DNA of 38,692 nucleotides, taken from positions 1 to 38,692 of the IMG/VR virus record IMGVR_UViG_3300020441_000430. One strand, 5' to 3'. A program made the translations under genes and the position numbers. Source of the DNA: a virus. Taxonomy: Duplodnaviria; Caudoviricetes. How positions within the stretch are numbered: the stretch's first letter is position 1; every line of letters begins with the position of its first letter. The notes under the pieces are model-generated. The model was not told the DNA's origin and searched no databases. It was given only the letters and a program-made list of their open reading frames with translations. Positions 17,466-27,698 of the stretch are shown piece after piece.

Positions 17466-18739
17466 CGACCAACCTCACCAAGATATTTTGCTTTCGTTTC
17501 TGCCCATGTCATGAAACAAACATCATCATAGAACAATGTCTCTGTAAGGTTTGTTCTATCATTCTTAACTAGATTATTAATTCTCTTTCTTGCATACTTT
17601 TCTTTCCAGAGTTCTGATAGTGCCTCTGTTGATGTGTCAAAAGACTTGACTAAATCTTTTTCTTCTATCTCACCTCTAAGAAACTCTCGTGAGTTATCAT
17701 AAAGTGTAGAATAATATATGCCTCTTTGATGTTCTGACTTAATAATATCTTTTGGTATTTTAAGTTGTGAATAAATGAACTGTCTCATACGATTTCTATG
17801 GTCTCTCTTTAATGTTTGTCCGTTTTCTCTCTTTGCAACATATAACATAAAGTATCTATCATTGTAATGTTTCTCTGCATATTTTAACATTTCTTTCTCT
17901 GTTTCTTTTGTCAACTCATATGATAAAGAACCTTGACTGTAACCCATTTTCTTCCAGTGTTTGAGTCTATCGTATTGTGATAAACCACCTGTTTTAGATT
18001 TACCATACAGTGATGTAGTTGTCACACTAACAAGTTTATCACCGTAGTTTTCTTGCCATTGATTCTGTATATCATCTGATAAACAAAGTAATGCAAGTAA
18101 TTTACCACCTGTGTAATTGAAACCTAGTGGTTGTAATGGCACTATTGTAGAACCAATACAAGAGTTGTTTAGTTTGCCACTATTTGTTTTGTATTCTCTT
18201 TCCCACCCTATAAAATTATCTCTTGGTGTTAGATCAATAAAATCACCTGTGATACAAATTACACCTAGATATTTACCTGAGACTTTATCTCTGACTAAGT
18301 AATGTAGATTACGCCCTATGTTTGAACTATTCTTCATAGTAGAAGTAAATGTTCTTACACAATTCCATTTCTCTGTAAGAGAACCAGCAGATTGTCTGTC
18401 TTTAATTGAATCTGTATAAATTAATTCTGGTTCTAGTTTCTCAAAGTCCATAGGGTCTTCTGGAAACCAAATGTTATTCTTACTCTCATTGATGAGTTTA
18501 ATATGGTCTTCATTGATTAATTGTTTCTCAGCACCAAAAAGTGTGCCCATTTCTTGTGAAGGATATCTTTGTTGTATTTCTAGATACTTTTGATAGAGTG
18601 TATATTCACCAACAGACATCTTAGAAACATATGATAAGTCATCTATAATCTTTTGTCGAAGATCATACTTAGACATAACTTCTTTCTCGACATAGTTTGC
18701 CTGATAGTCATCATATTGTTTCTGAACAAATGGTTCCAT
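17462..18739 (-). CDS. DUF4338/DruA-like protein
   Basis: GR.L.YLV.D..SGKYLGVI, PRD.FIGW, IVP.QPLGFNY.GGKLLAL and TTSLYG...SQY motifs. Confidence 0.7.
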   Translation of the reverse strand: MEPFVQKQYDDYQANYVEKEVMSKYDLRQKIIDDLSYVSKMSVGEYTLYQKYLEIQQRYPSQEMGTLFGAEKQLINEDHIKLINESKNNIWFPEDPMDFEKLEPELIYTDSIKDRQSAGSLTEKWNCVRTFTSTMKNSSNIGRNLHYLVRDKVSGKYLGVICITGDFIDLTPRDNFIGWEREYKTNSGKLNNSCIGSTIVPLQPLGFNYTGGKLLALLCLSDDIQNQWQENYGDKLVSVTTTSLYGKSKTGGLSQYDRLKHWKKMGYSQGSLSYELTKETEKEMLKYAEKHYNDRYFMLYVAKRENGQTLKRDHRNRMRQFIYSQLKIPKDIIKSEHQRGIYYSTLYDNSREFLRGEIEEKDLVKSFDTSTEALSELWKEKYARKRINNLVKNDRTNLTETLFYDDVCFMTWAETKAKYLGEVGR

Positions 18740-20112
18740 TATACTTTAAAGTCTCTAAACTTTTCACTCCTATCAAATACTGGTGTATCATCATTGATAT
18801 CAATACTATCAACTAATTCTTCTTGTGCCTCTTGTTCAACATCATATAGTTTCATTCTTGACCTATCAATACCGATTACAAATCTTTTGAATATGGTTGG
18901 GTCATTGTATCTATTCTTCAATTGTTTAACTACTAACTGGTCTAACTCTTCTAGTTCTTCTGATGTAATTAATGCAAACATTAAGTCAGCAGTTGCAGGC
19001 AGACCAAAAGATTCTGATGTATCTTCTAAACCAATATCTGTAGAACCATAGCCACTTCTTGTAGTTTGAGTTGCAGATACCATTGGCACATCATGTTCAA
19101 CTGCAAGACCTCTTAATTCTTCGGCGATACTCTTAACTAATGTGTAAGAGTTTGCACCTGAACCTGGTCTTATTCTATGTGATGCACAAATGTTTAGATA
19201 ATCTATAAAGATAATATCAGGTCTAAAATCTTTCTTGATGTTTAGTTCTTGTAGTAAATGTCTAAAATGACCTACATGAGCGGCCGCTGTAGGATATTCT
19301 TTTACTATAAGTTTACCCTTTGTTTTGTTTTTGATTCTTTGTATCTTCTTGTCATACTCTTTCTTAGAAACATCTGGCAGTTCTTTCATTGGCACATTCA
19401 TTGTGTTCGCATCGATTCTCTCTGCGATTCTTTCTTCACTCATCTCCATAGTAATGTAAAGAACATTTTTACCCATGAGTAAACAATTAGATGCCATATG
19501 GCACATGAACAATGATTTACCAACACCAGTTCCTGCCAGACAAATGTTTAGTGTCTTATTAGGCAGACCACCTTTTGTAATCTTATTGAAGTATTCAAGA
19601 TCAAAAGGCATCTTCTCTTCTTCTGTATTGTAAAACTCAAATCTCTCTTCAGCATCTTCTAACTGGTCGTGACCAATATGTGTATCAAAAGATACTGAAA
19701 GAGCGTCTTTGAGTAAGTCTGGTATTTCACCAGTTGACCTTTTAGATTTCTCGTCTAAGACTTCAATACTGTCCATGACGGCAATGTAGATTGCTCTATC
19801 TTTGCACCACTTCTCAGTTTCATCTACGAGCCAATCTAAGGGTGTATCATCTTTTTTGATATTCTCTACAAGTTGTTTTGAAGACTTGACTATTGCATCT
19901 CCTTTCGAAGTCACATTATCAAGATTAATGAGAAGTGCTTCAACTGTAGGACTTTTAGTATACTTATCGAAATAGTTTACTATCTCTTCAAATACTAATT
20001 TTTCAGATGATTCGGTGAAATACTCAGACTTGATAAAAGGGATTACCTTTCTAGTATAAGTATCATTCTGAATCAGATTCTTGATTATCGTGTTCTCGAT
20101 TCTCGCTTCCAT
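18739..20112 (-). CDS. 41: T4 gp41-like replicative DNA helicase
   Basis: AGTGVGKS Walker [37 protein letters not shown]. Confidence 0.95.
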   Translation of the reverse strand: MEARIENTIIKNLIQNDTYTRKVIPFIKSEYFTESSEKLVFEEIVNYFDKYTKSPTVEALLINLDNVTSKGDAIVKSSKQLVENIKKDDTPLDWLVDETEKWCKDRAIYIAVMDSIEVLDEKSKRSTGEIPDLLKDALSVSFDTHIGHDQLEDAEERFEFYNTEEEKMPFDLEYFNKITKGGLPNKTLNICLAGTGVGKSLFMCHMASNCLLMGKNVLYITMEMSEERIAERIDANTMNVPMKELPDVSKKEYDKKIQRIKNKTKGKLIVKEYPTAAAHVGHFRHLLQELNIKKDFRPDIIFIDYLNICASHRIRPGSGANSYTLVKSIAEELRGLAVEHDVPMVSATQTTRSGYGSTDIGLEDTSESFGLPATADLMFALITSEELEELDQLVVKQLKNRYNDPTIFKRFVIGIDRSRMKLYDVEQEAQEELVDSIDINDDTPVFDRSEKFRDFKV

Positions 20113-21115
20113 ATTTAAAATATCCGTTTACAACTTTTTCTAATTTTTCCATTACATCTTCTGTGAAGTATTTTTCTGGATTGTTATTAATAGTTTTACC
20201 AAACTCAGTTTTGCCTGTAGGTAATAACACTCTAGTAGATGATTTTTCAAAAACACCACTATCTAATGCAAGATCAAGCAGACCATAATATCTATCAAGA
20301 CCTTTATCATATGTTAATCTAACATCTACGATTCTGTTTTCAACAGTTAATCTAGATTTTGCATTCTTACAATGTATTATATTACCGACTACTTCTGTTC
20401 CTTCTTTTTCTTTTCTCTTAGAAAGATATATGATTGATGAAGCGGCATATTTTAAACCTGAACCACCACCCATTTCTTTTGTAGGGAACATAGAACCAAT
20501 AACATCGTATGTGTGATTAGTCACTATCATAGGGACTTTTGCACGACCAAGTTTTAAAGTTAAAACTCTGAATGCACCTTTGACAATCTGAGCACGAGTC
20601 ATATCTCTTGTTTCTTTACCAGCCGCTGTGTCTTCAATTTCTTTTGTAGTTGATAACATACCAAGTGAATCTAAACAAAACATCATAGGCGGTCTTTCTG
20701 ACTCGTCTGTTTCAAGATATTTGTCGAGAATTGATATTGATTGTTGTCTGAACTCTTGAACAGTGACAACAGGAACAATAATCATTCTGTTTGAATCGAT
20801 GCCTCTCTCTTCAATCATCTCTTTAGTGATTGCAGATTCAGACTCGAAATAGATTACGGCAGACTCAGGATTATCTTCTAAGAATTGTTTACACATTCCT
20901 AATGCGAAGAAAGTTTTACCTGTCGCAGACTCACCTGCGATTGCTGTAATTTTGTTTGCTGGAAGTCCACCATAAAGTGAACCAGATAATAGAGCGTTGA
21001 ATATATAACTCCCTGTGTCTACAAAGGAATCAACATCACCAGCAGATACGCCCTCTGCAACGATATTTGCATACTCGTTGCCAGATGCTTTTACTAAATC
21101 TTTAATAAATGACAT
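20063..21115 (-). CDS. uvsX: UvsX RecA-like recombinase
   Basis: [33 protein letters not shown]; canonical position between gp43 and gp41. Confidence 0.95.
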   Translation of the reverse strand: MSFIKDLVKASGNEYANIVAEGVSAGDVDSFVDTGSYIFNALLSGSLYGGLPANKITAIAGESATGKTFFALGMCKQFLEDNPESAVIYFESESAITKEMIEERGIDSNRMIIVPVVTVQEFRQQSISILDKYLETDESERPPMMFCLDSLGMLSTTKEIEDTAAGKETRDMTRAQIVKGAFRVLTLKLGRAKVPMIVTNHTYDVIGSMFPTKEMGGGSGLKYAASSIIYLSKRKEKEGTEVVGNIIHCKNAKSRLTVENRIVDVRLTYDKGLDRYYGLLDLALDSGVFEKSSTRVLLPTGKTEFGKTINNNPEKYFTEDVMEKLEKVVNGYFKYGSENREHDNQESDSE

Positions 21116-21140
21116 AAATCACACCTCTCATAATTTAATT

Positions 21141-21181
21141 TATACTGTATACAGTATACTATTATTCTGATATTTTGTCTA
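21141..21181 (-). promoter_or_regulatory. uvsX promoter with overlapping palindrome
   Basis: TAGACA-17 nt-TATACT; perfect palindrome TATACTGTATACAGTATA at 21141-21158. Confidence 0.55.
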
Positions 21182-21353
21182 GACGATTTTCGAAATTAGA
21201 TTTGTTTTGTTGGTCGCAAAGTTTAGATTCAAATTTATATCTTTCTTCTAACATTTTAAGAATCATAGATACTTGTGCTTCTAAGTGAATTATAAATCCA
21301 CATATCACACCTATCATTGCGATATAGAAAACATCCATTAATGATATAATCAT
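21162..21353 (-). CDS. small membrane protein
   Basis: 63 aa with N-terminal hydrophobic helix. Confidence 0.55.
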   Translation of the reverse strand: MIISLMDVFYIAMIGVICGFIIHLEAQVSMILKMLEERYKFESKLCDQQNKSNFENRLDKISE

Positions 21354-21790
21354 ACTTCTAATTCTTGTTGTGTTTCTAGAACTACTACGCCTTGTTCTAT
21401 TAAGATTTCTCTATTTGCAAGATGACCTTTCTCAATCTCTTCTTTGTTTCCACCTGTGTATGGAACTGCGTGATGGTCGTTGACCATTTGTTGATTGATA
21501 GAGACTTCATTGCCCTTGTGAAATAACTCACCTAATATTCTGCCAAATTTACCTTTATCGTGAGAAACTAATTCTATATCAAATGGTCTCTCTAGTATTT
21601 CTTTTAGATGTGCCTTTGATGCTTTACCAAATTTCTTTTCTACTAGGTCACGAGTTCTAGATTCGGGAGTATCGATCCCCAACATTCTAACTCTTTGTTT
21701 TTTATAAGTCATGCCGAATCCTAGATCGATATCTACATCTACTGTATCTCCATCCACAACTTTTACTACTGAAACTTTATATCTATACAT
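21350..21790 (-). CDS. SNase/thermonuclease-family nuclease
   Basis: VVDGDT, RVR..GIDTPE, GKFGR.L motifs. Confidence 0.85.
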   Translation of the reverse strand: MYRYKVSVVKVVDGDTVDVDIDLGFGMTYKKQRVRMLGIDTPESRTRDLVEKKFGKASKAHLKEILERPFDIELVSHDKGKFGRILGELFHKGNEVSINQQMVNDHHAVPYTGGNKEEIEKGHLANREILIEQGVVVLETQQELEV

Positions 21791-22205
21791 ATTGATTATG
21801 TTGCCTATGCTCCTTCTTTTGTTCCCAATCTTCTATTGCTCTTTTAATACTATCTTCTGCAAGAACTGAACAATGTAATTTGATTGGTGGCAATTCAAGT
21901 GCTTCTGCGATTTCTTTATCTTTGACTTGTTTTGCCTCGTCTATTGTTTTACCTTTAAGCATATCAACAAACAATGTAGAAGATGCTATTGCACTTCCAC
22001 AACCATATGTTTTAAACTTGACATCAACAATTCTCTCATCGTCATCAAGTTTGATTTGTAATTTCATAACATCACCACATGCAGGTGCACCTGTTAAACC
22101 TGTGCCTACATTTGGTTCTTTAGGGTCAAATCTTCCAACAGAATGTTTCTCTGGATTATTCAACACACTTTCAAATCTTTCTACTACTTTTCTACTATAT
22201 GCCAT
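21783..22205 (-). CDS. iscU: IscU-type Fe-S cluster scaffold protein
   Basis: GAPACGDVMKLQI, FKTYGCGSAIASS, LPPIKLHCS (three Cys plus LPPVK-like chaperone motif). Confidence 0.92.
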   Translation of the reverse strand: MAYSRKVVERFESVLNNPEKHSVGRFDPKEPNVGTGLTGAPACGDVMKLQIKLDDDERIVDVKFKTYGCGSAIASSTLFVDMLKGKTIDEAKQVKDKEIAEALELPPIKLHCSVLAEDSIKRAIEDWEQKKEHRQHNQYV

Positions 22206-22213
22206 GCTTTTAT

Positions 22214-23011
22214 TTATGTTAAAAAAGAATCGAGACTTGCGTTTCCGAACTTATCTTCTATCTTATTTACATTTCTACTATTAAACTCTTGAAAATCTTT
22301 ATTGTATATAAAAGGTATTTCACTTACTGGTGTCCACTCTTTTTCACCTGGCGCCATAACTTTCCATTCTAAGTTGTCATCTTTTGGATAGTTTATAGTC
22401 CAATCTACTGTTGAGTTAGATAGATACTCTCTATCATCTTTATTGATCGGGTAAATATATTTGTATTGTTTACCTTTGACTCTTTTTAAATTTAAGTCTA
22501 TTCTCTGTTCGTAATTTGGTCTATGGCCATATTTTTTACCATCTGTATTAGGTAAAAGACCTTGCATAGTTCTAGGGTGAACTTTCTCACCATTCTCTGT
22601 CACATATAAATCTGTTTCAGAAAAACCACCATATAAAAAGTTTGCAGATTGATAAACATATCCAACTTTACCTACTATGCCATCTGCCCATGTAAACAGA
22701 TATCTAATTCTTAAATGTTTTCTAATCCATTTTACAACTAGAGATAACATCTGACTCTCTGAATTTTTAGGCATATTATCTGTCATCGCCATCTTACCTA
22801 TCTCAAAGTAATCAGCAGATGTTAGTTCTGGAAATAAAACTTGTATTGTATGTTTTGGTCTGGTGCCCCACCCTAATGATAATACACCTACTAACTCGTC
22901 ATCGACATAACACCCCAACCAATGTTTTGTAAGTTTAGGTATTATTGGTGAGTAATGCCACTTCTGTAAAAATAAAGTTGCAACTCTGTAGTCTACTTCT
23001 TTTATTATCAT
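22214..23011 (-). CDS. Mom-family (GNAT-fold) DNA adenine modification protein
   Basis: WHYS near N-terminus, E..KM......PKNSES..LS, TWAD...G..G.VYQSANF.Y.G motifs; overlaps the gp43 stop. Confidence 0.7.
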   Translation of the reverse strand: MIIKEVDYRVATLFLQKWHYSPIIPKLTKHWLGCYVDDELVGVLSLGWGTRPKHTIQVLFPELTSADYFEIGKMAMTDNMPKNSESQMLSLVVKWIRKHLRIRYLFTWADGIVGKVGYVYQSANFLYGGFSETDLYVTENGEKVHPRTMQGLLPNTDGKKYGHRPNYEQRIDLNLKRVKGKQYKYIYPINKDDREYLSNSTVDWTINYPKDDNLEWKVMAPGEKEWTPVSEIPFIYNKDFQEFNSRNVNKIEDKFGNASLDSFLT

Positions 23012-25518
23012 GAGAAGAAACTGTCAAGTGATGCAACAGGTTCTACATTCCAATTGATTAACTGAACAATATTTTTGAGTGGTTCAACAAATGATTTATC
23101 GAACTGCATATCATAATCTACAAATCTATGTAAGTCAAATTCTTTAGGCAGAACAGATGTAAATGAGATCACATTCTCATTGATAGGATTAGGTGTCGTA
23201 AGATAAGTAAAGTGTATCTTCTCACCGTTTTTGATTGTTTCATATCTCATGTCTAAACTCTTTTCTCTGAGATGATGATTAAATAGTAATGAACCTCTTA
23301 CATGAATTGGTGTGCCTTTAGAATAAATATTTGTTGTATCTGCATACTGAACTAGACCTTTACACCCTCTAGGAAAACTTGCATCTTCAACTGGCAGATT
23401 ACGAAACTCTTTTCGTGCAGTCTCTACGAACTGCCAAAGTTCTTGTTCATTACCTGTCATTACAACTTTAAGTGCCTCTTCTAGTTTCTTTCTGACCCAT
23501 AACGGCGTTGATGACTTTGCAGTTTCTATACCCATCATTTTGAGTTTAGGTTTTGTAAGTCTAACACCCTCATTGTCATGCACATTTAGAATGTATCGTT
23601 TCTTGGCAGTCCAAATACCTCTGTCTGCAATAACTTCACGACCCATTTCCATTTTCTGTTCGAATGCATTTGTATAATTTGCAAGATCAATAAAACCTTT
23701 TTCTAACACATCTTCTATCTGAACTTCTGCTTTAGATAAGAAGTCAATCACTTTATCTTTTGGTGCATCAGGCAATACTTGATTAACAAGTTTATCTACT
23801 GTAATATAGATTGAGTCTGTATCGATTGCAATTACATAATCTTCATTATCAGTTTTAAGAACTTTGTTTAGATATTCATTACATATCTTTTCTGCCCAAC
23901 GAATCGCAAGTTGACCTGATAATGTAATCGCTTCTGCCATATCAATAGAAAAGAATGCAAAGTATTGATTCGCCATTGCACCATAAGCTGAGTTCAATGC
24001 AATCTTACGAACTTGTTGATTGTTGTATGCCCTCTTAATTAGAGTATCGAGTTGTTTTCTTCTAACAGTATCAGTAGTTCTTTCTTTTTCTTTCTGATAC
24101 TCAATCATCTTACCTTTCCATTTCTTTCTCTCTTCATAAAAAGTTTCCATGAGTTCAGGAAACATACCTTGTTTATCACGAGAGAAAAGAACACCATTAG
24201 GTGCAACGGCAGTGTTTGTTTGTTTACAATATGATAAGTCACATTCTTTGTTTAACATTCTATCTACAGTGACATCTTGACGATTACCTTTGAGCATTTT
24301 CTCAGGCGAGATATTGTATTGCATTATCAAATGTGGATATAGTGAGTTTAAATCAAAAGACATCACCCAATTATGACCACCAACAATAGGTTCTTTTACA
24401 TAGGCACCTACAATAGGTTTATTTTTGTCGTTGCCTGTTTTAAGTCTTTGTGGTGGTGTTTGTATATTCTGGTCTTTTAGAAAGTTATAGATGATTGTTT
24501 CCCAATATTTCACCATGCCGAATGTATCAATGTAATTACACTTTGCACTATAAGCCATTGTGATAATTAGATCAATGAAACCTAATTTCTCTTCTAGTTC
24601 TTCTACAAGAACAACATCTCGAACATTATATTCTAGAAATTTACCATAATCTTGCCGATACAGTGTATGTAAAGAACCGAAATCACTGTAGTCTAATTTA
24701 CCTTTACCTAGTTCAAACTGTGCAATATAATCTAACTTATATGATTCTTGATTATGAAATGTATTCTTACGATATAGTTCTAGATAGTCAACAATATTTA
24801 CACCACTGAGTTCGAAGATTTGATTCTTCTGATAACCCATTGATGTATATTCTCTTGTGTGTGATTGACCCCATGGCGATAACTTCTTATGTTCGTCTTC
24901 ACCTAGAATCTTGTCAATACGATTACAAAGATATGTGATATCAAAACTGTTTACATTCCAACCTGTTATGATATCAAACCATTCTGTTCGCCAATACTTA
25001 ATAAATTTTTGTAGTAAGTCTGTTTCGTTTTTACAATTGTGATAGACTAGATTTTGATTATGTTCCCACGGACCAATGCCAAAGACTTGACATTCTTTAC
25101 CAAAAGGTTTGATTGATATTGCATTAATCTTTTCAGCCGCCAAGATTGGTTCTGGAAAACCATCTTCACACTCACACTCAATATCTAAAGTTGCAGTCTT
25201 GATTAATGATGTATCAAACTTGATGTCACCTTGAAACTTATCTGCAAGATAAGTATAAACATATCTGTCATAACCATGAACTTCGAATCCTTCTACGCCT
25301 GAGTATTTCTCTCTGAATTTACGAGCGCCACCCATAGAGTTAAGATTGACAACTTCTAGATTACGGCCGTCTAATGATTTATAAGGTGACTCAGATTTTT
25401 TAGATAGAATGTAATGATTAGGTCTATAGTTTACTGCAACCTTTTGTTTGGTTTTGCCTTTGTAACCTATGACTAAAATTTTGTCACGACTACGACATAC
25501 ATTCGTATAAAAATCCAT
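23008..25518 (-). CDS. 43: T4 gp43-like family B DNA polymerase
   Basis: DIEC exonuclease motif, SFDLNSLYPH, K...NSAYG, IDTDS, KKRY. Confidence 0.97.
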   Translation of the reverse strand: MDFYTNVCRSRDKILVIGYKGKTKQKVAVNYRPNHYILSKKSESPYKSLDGRNLEVVNLNSMGGARKFREKYSGVEGFEVHGYDRYVYTYLADKFQGDIKFDTSLIKTATLDIECECEDGFPEPILAAEKINAISIKPFGKECQVFGIGPWEHNQNLVYHNCKNETDLLQKFIKYWRTEWFDIITGWNVNSFDITYLCNRIDKILGEDEHKKLSPWGQSHTREYTSMGYQKNQIFELSGVNIVDYLELYRKNTFHNQESYKLDYIAQFELGKGKLDYSDFGSLHTLYRQDYGKFLEYNVRDVVLVEELEEKLGFIDLIITMAYSAKCNYIDTFGMVKYWETIIYNFLKDQNIQTPPQRLKTGNDKNKPIVGAYVKEPIVGGHNWVMSFDLNSLYPHLIMQYNISPEKMLKGNRQDVTVDRMLNKECDLSYCKQTNTAVAPNGVLFSRDKQGMFPELMETFYEERKKWKGKMIEYQKEKERTTDTVRRKQLDTLIKRAYNNQQVRKIALNSAYGAMANQYFAFFSIDMAEAITLSGQLAIRWAEKICNEYLNKVLKTDNEDYVIAIDTDSIYITVDKLVNQVLPDAPKDKVIDFLSKAEVQIEDVLEKGFIDLANYTNAFEQKMEMGREVIADRGIWTAKKRYILNVHDNEGVRLTKPKLKMMGIETAKSSTPLWVRKKLEEALKVVMTGNEQELWQFVETARKEFRNLPVEDASFPRGCKGLVQYADTTNIYSKGTPIHVRGSLLFNHHLREKSLDMRYETIKNGEKIHFTYLTTPNPINENVISFTSVLPKEFDLHRFVDYDMQFDKSFVEPLKNIVQLINWNVEPVASLDSFFS

Positions 25519-25539
25519 AATATAATTGTATCAGAAAAA

Positions 25540-25782
25540 CTATTCGTTTAATAGTGTTTTTTTGCCTTCAAATTCAAAATGTTTCATTGCAACTGATTTA
25601 ATTTCACACCAATGACCTATCTTGTTTAATTCATCTTCGACTGTCTTCATTAAGTCTGGATGATCTGCCACACCAGTAGCATTCTTTCCTAGGTTTTCAA
25701 TGTTTACTTTACCAGCTTCAATCTCTGCATCTGCTCTTTTTACAGTTGCAGTTAAAATTTTGTTTAACATATCTACTGCCAT
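25540..25782 (-). CDS. conserved hypothetical protein
   Basis: 80 aa; GV..HPD motif; GGAGG SD. Confidence 0.65.
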   Translation of the reverse strand: MAVDMLNKILTATVKRADAEIEAGKVNIENLGKNATGVADHPDLMKTVEDELNKIGHWCEIKSVAMKHFEFEGKKTLLNE

Positions 25783-25790
25783 GATACCTC

Positions 25791-26243
25791 CTATGTATCT
25801 AATACCATTTCTTGTAGTTCTTTACTTCTTCTGCCTACTTGTCCATACCATTTAGAATCTTCCATCTGTCTAGACATTTCATCCCAATCTTCTACTGAAC
25901 ATGCATATAACATATTTCTAAATTTACCTAAACGATTTGCACCTAAGTTAAAACACATATTAACTAATACATGTTGTATACTTTCAGGCAATTCTTCAAA
26001 GATAATATTATTCTTATCACAAACATGTATTGTTTCGTCTACATGTTTATCAAAGTCTGCTTCGTAGTATCGATCTACAGTTTCTTGCGATATAGGTGTT
26101 CCTTCTGGTTCACCATACTCAGCATCGTCTTCTCTAATAAGATGACCTACACCAAGTGTTAAGTAACCAAGTGAGTCTTTATAAATTTCTAAGACTTCTC
26201 CTTCGTGTCGTTTAATTTCCTGTTTTAGAATCTCTTTGTTCAT
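25791..26243 (-). CDS. GH24 T4-lysozyme-like muramidase
   Basis: HEG....Y.DSLGY.T.G.GHL catalytic motif; NM.FNLG; S.WY.QV..R. Confidence 0.85.
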   Translation of the reverse strand: MNKEILKQEIKRHEGEVLEIYKDSLGYLTLGVGHLIREDDAEYGEPEGTPISQETVDRYYEADFDKHVDETIHVCDKNNIIFEELPESIQHVLVNMCFNLGANRLGKFRNMLYACSVEDWDEMSRQMEDSKWYGQVGRRSKELQEMVLDT

Positions 26244-26535
26244 TCTCTTCCCTCTTCATTTGCTCTTGCATGAGTTCAACTAATATATCACCCATGAGTT
26301 TATTAAGTTCGTTATTATTTAGTAATTCTTCAATTACTTCTTCTGTTGCCTCAACACCGTTCGGCACTCTTCTTATAGTTCGTTTAAAGTTGAGTTGAGG
26401 TTCACCATTTACGAACTGCACATCACCATATTGATAGACTAATCCTTCCCATTCACCAGATACTAATTCTATACCTGCATTTTCTTCGTAAGGATTTTCT
26501 ACTACACGATAAACTTTTTTGAATAACATTGTCAT
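26212..26535 (-). CDS. conserved T4-like hypothetical protein
   Basis: 107 aa; I....G.W.G.VYQYG.V and MGDIL motifs, typical of the gene upstream of gp43. Confidence 0.65.
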   Translation of the reverse strand: MTMLFKKVYRVVENPYEENAGIELVSGEWEGLVYQYGDVQFVNGEPQLNFKRTIRRVPNGVEATEEVIEELLNNNELNKLMGDILVELMQEQMKREENEQRDSKTGN

Positions 26536-27647
26536 CTTATTATATCTATGTCTGGATTTTTATTCCAAACTTCTAACTCCGTTCTCAATCTATTTTCTGA
26601 TTTAAGTTTACTAAATCTTTTACCTGCTAACTTTTTCCACCAAGTGACTATCTCTTCTAATTCAAATCTATCATAGTTAGGTCTTTTAGTTAGTGTATCT
26701 GTTTCTAAGTTAAGATAGTCTGCAACATTATCATATCCGTATGTAGATATAAATGTTCTTTTCTTTTCTGTAAGGCCTTTTGCATCTACGAGTGCTGTCT
26801 TAAATGTTTCTAAATCTTTTCCTTCTAATGAGTTTCTAATAATAGAAATCATTTTTGTTTGTGTTTTTAATTTTCTACTACTTGCATCTTCATCTACAAG
26901 TGGTCCTTTGTTTCTATCTTCAAACCACTTTCTAAGATCGTGGTATTTTTCATCGTTGATTGCAGGCACAAAATCTGATAATGTTAGACCTGCATATCTT
27001 AGAAAAGGTTTCATGCCATCATATTGTGATACTTGTTTTGTAGAACCATATAATGATGTTGTTTCAAACATACAGAAATCTGTATTATATTTTTCACTTA
27101 GAGTTCTTCTTGCAAGATGTGAACAACAAATACCTGCAAGTAATTTACCACCAAGATAATTAAAACCAAAAGGTTGTGTTGGCACTATTATAAAACCCAT
27201 GATAGTGCTATCATTAAATCTCTTCATGACTTCCATGTTTGTTGTCTGTAATGGTCTGCCTAAGAAATCATTTCTAGGTTTAGAGTTAATAGTTGGTGAA
27301 CCGAATCTAATAAAACCTACAATCTTGTTTGTGTTTACCTCGTAGACAACCCACTTTAAACTTTTACCTGGCACTGACTTTTCTATTGCATGTGATGTGA
27401 CTATCTCTAGATAGTTATCATACATATCATTTGATACTTCTCTACAAACAAATTGCATGTCTTCTGGATGCATTGTAAAGTCTTGAAACATCTCGTCTTC
27501 TGGTCCATAACCAAACAAAGGTGTTGGTATATCTTCCATTCTTTCAAGTTTTACTTTACGAAGATAATCATCAATGCGACCAAAGTTCTTATAATAATCT
27601 ATAAAAATCTGTGATGCAAATTGGGCGTCTTGTTTGTTAAGTATCAT
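26532..27647 (-). CDS. second DUF4338/DruA-like protein
   Basis: PG..L...V.E..T.KIVGFIR.GSP, IVPTQPFGFNYLGGKLLA and ETTSLYG...SQYDG; paralogous to 17462-18739; start moved to ATG 27647. Confidence 0.7.
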   Translation of the reverse strand: MILNKQDAQFASQIFIDYYKNFGRIDDYLRKVKLERMEDIPTPLFGYGPEDEMFQDFTMHPEDMQFVCREVSNDMYDNYLEIVTSHAIEKSVPGKSLKWVVYEVNTNKIVGFIRFGSPTINSKPRNDFLGRPLQTTNMEVMKRFNDSTIMGFIIVPTQPFGFNYLGGKLLAGICCSHLARRTLSEKYNTDFCMFETTSLYGSTKQVSQYDGMKPFLRYAGLTLSDFVPAINDEKYHDLRKWFEDRNKGPLVDEDASSRKLKTQTKMISIIRNSLEGKDLETFKTALVDAKGLTEKKRTFISTYGYDNVADYLNLETDTLTKRPNYDRFELEEIVTWWKKLAGKRFSKLKSENRLRTELEVWNKNPDIDIIR

Positions 27648-27692
27648 AAAAAAACCTGATACCATTTTACAACAGTATCAGGTCCTTGTCTA
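27648..27692 (-). promoter_or_regulatory. promoter overlapped by an inverted repeat / terminator-like hairpin
   Basis: TAGACA-17 nt-TAAAAT; arms ACCTGATAC (27654-27662) and GTATCAGGT (27675-27683) followed by a U-run on the minus strand. Confidence 0.55.
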
Positions 27693-27698
27693 GTTGTT

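Noticed and set aside
21141-21158. Canonical LexA SOS box upstream of uvsX
   Set aside because: CTGT and ACAG are 2 nt apart, not the 8 nt required
17462-27647. Complete Druantia defence system
   Set aside because: Only DruA-like domains are present; no DruE helicase or other partners in the window, and the context is a phage replication module
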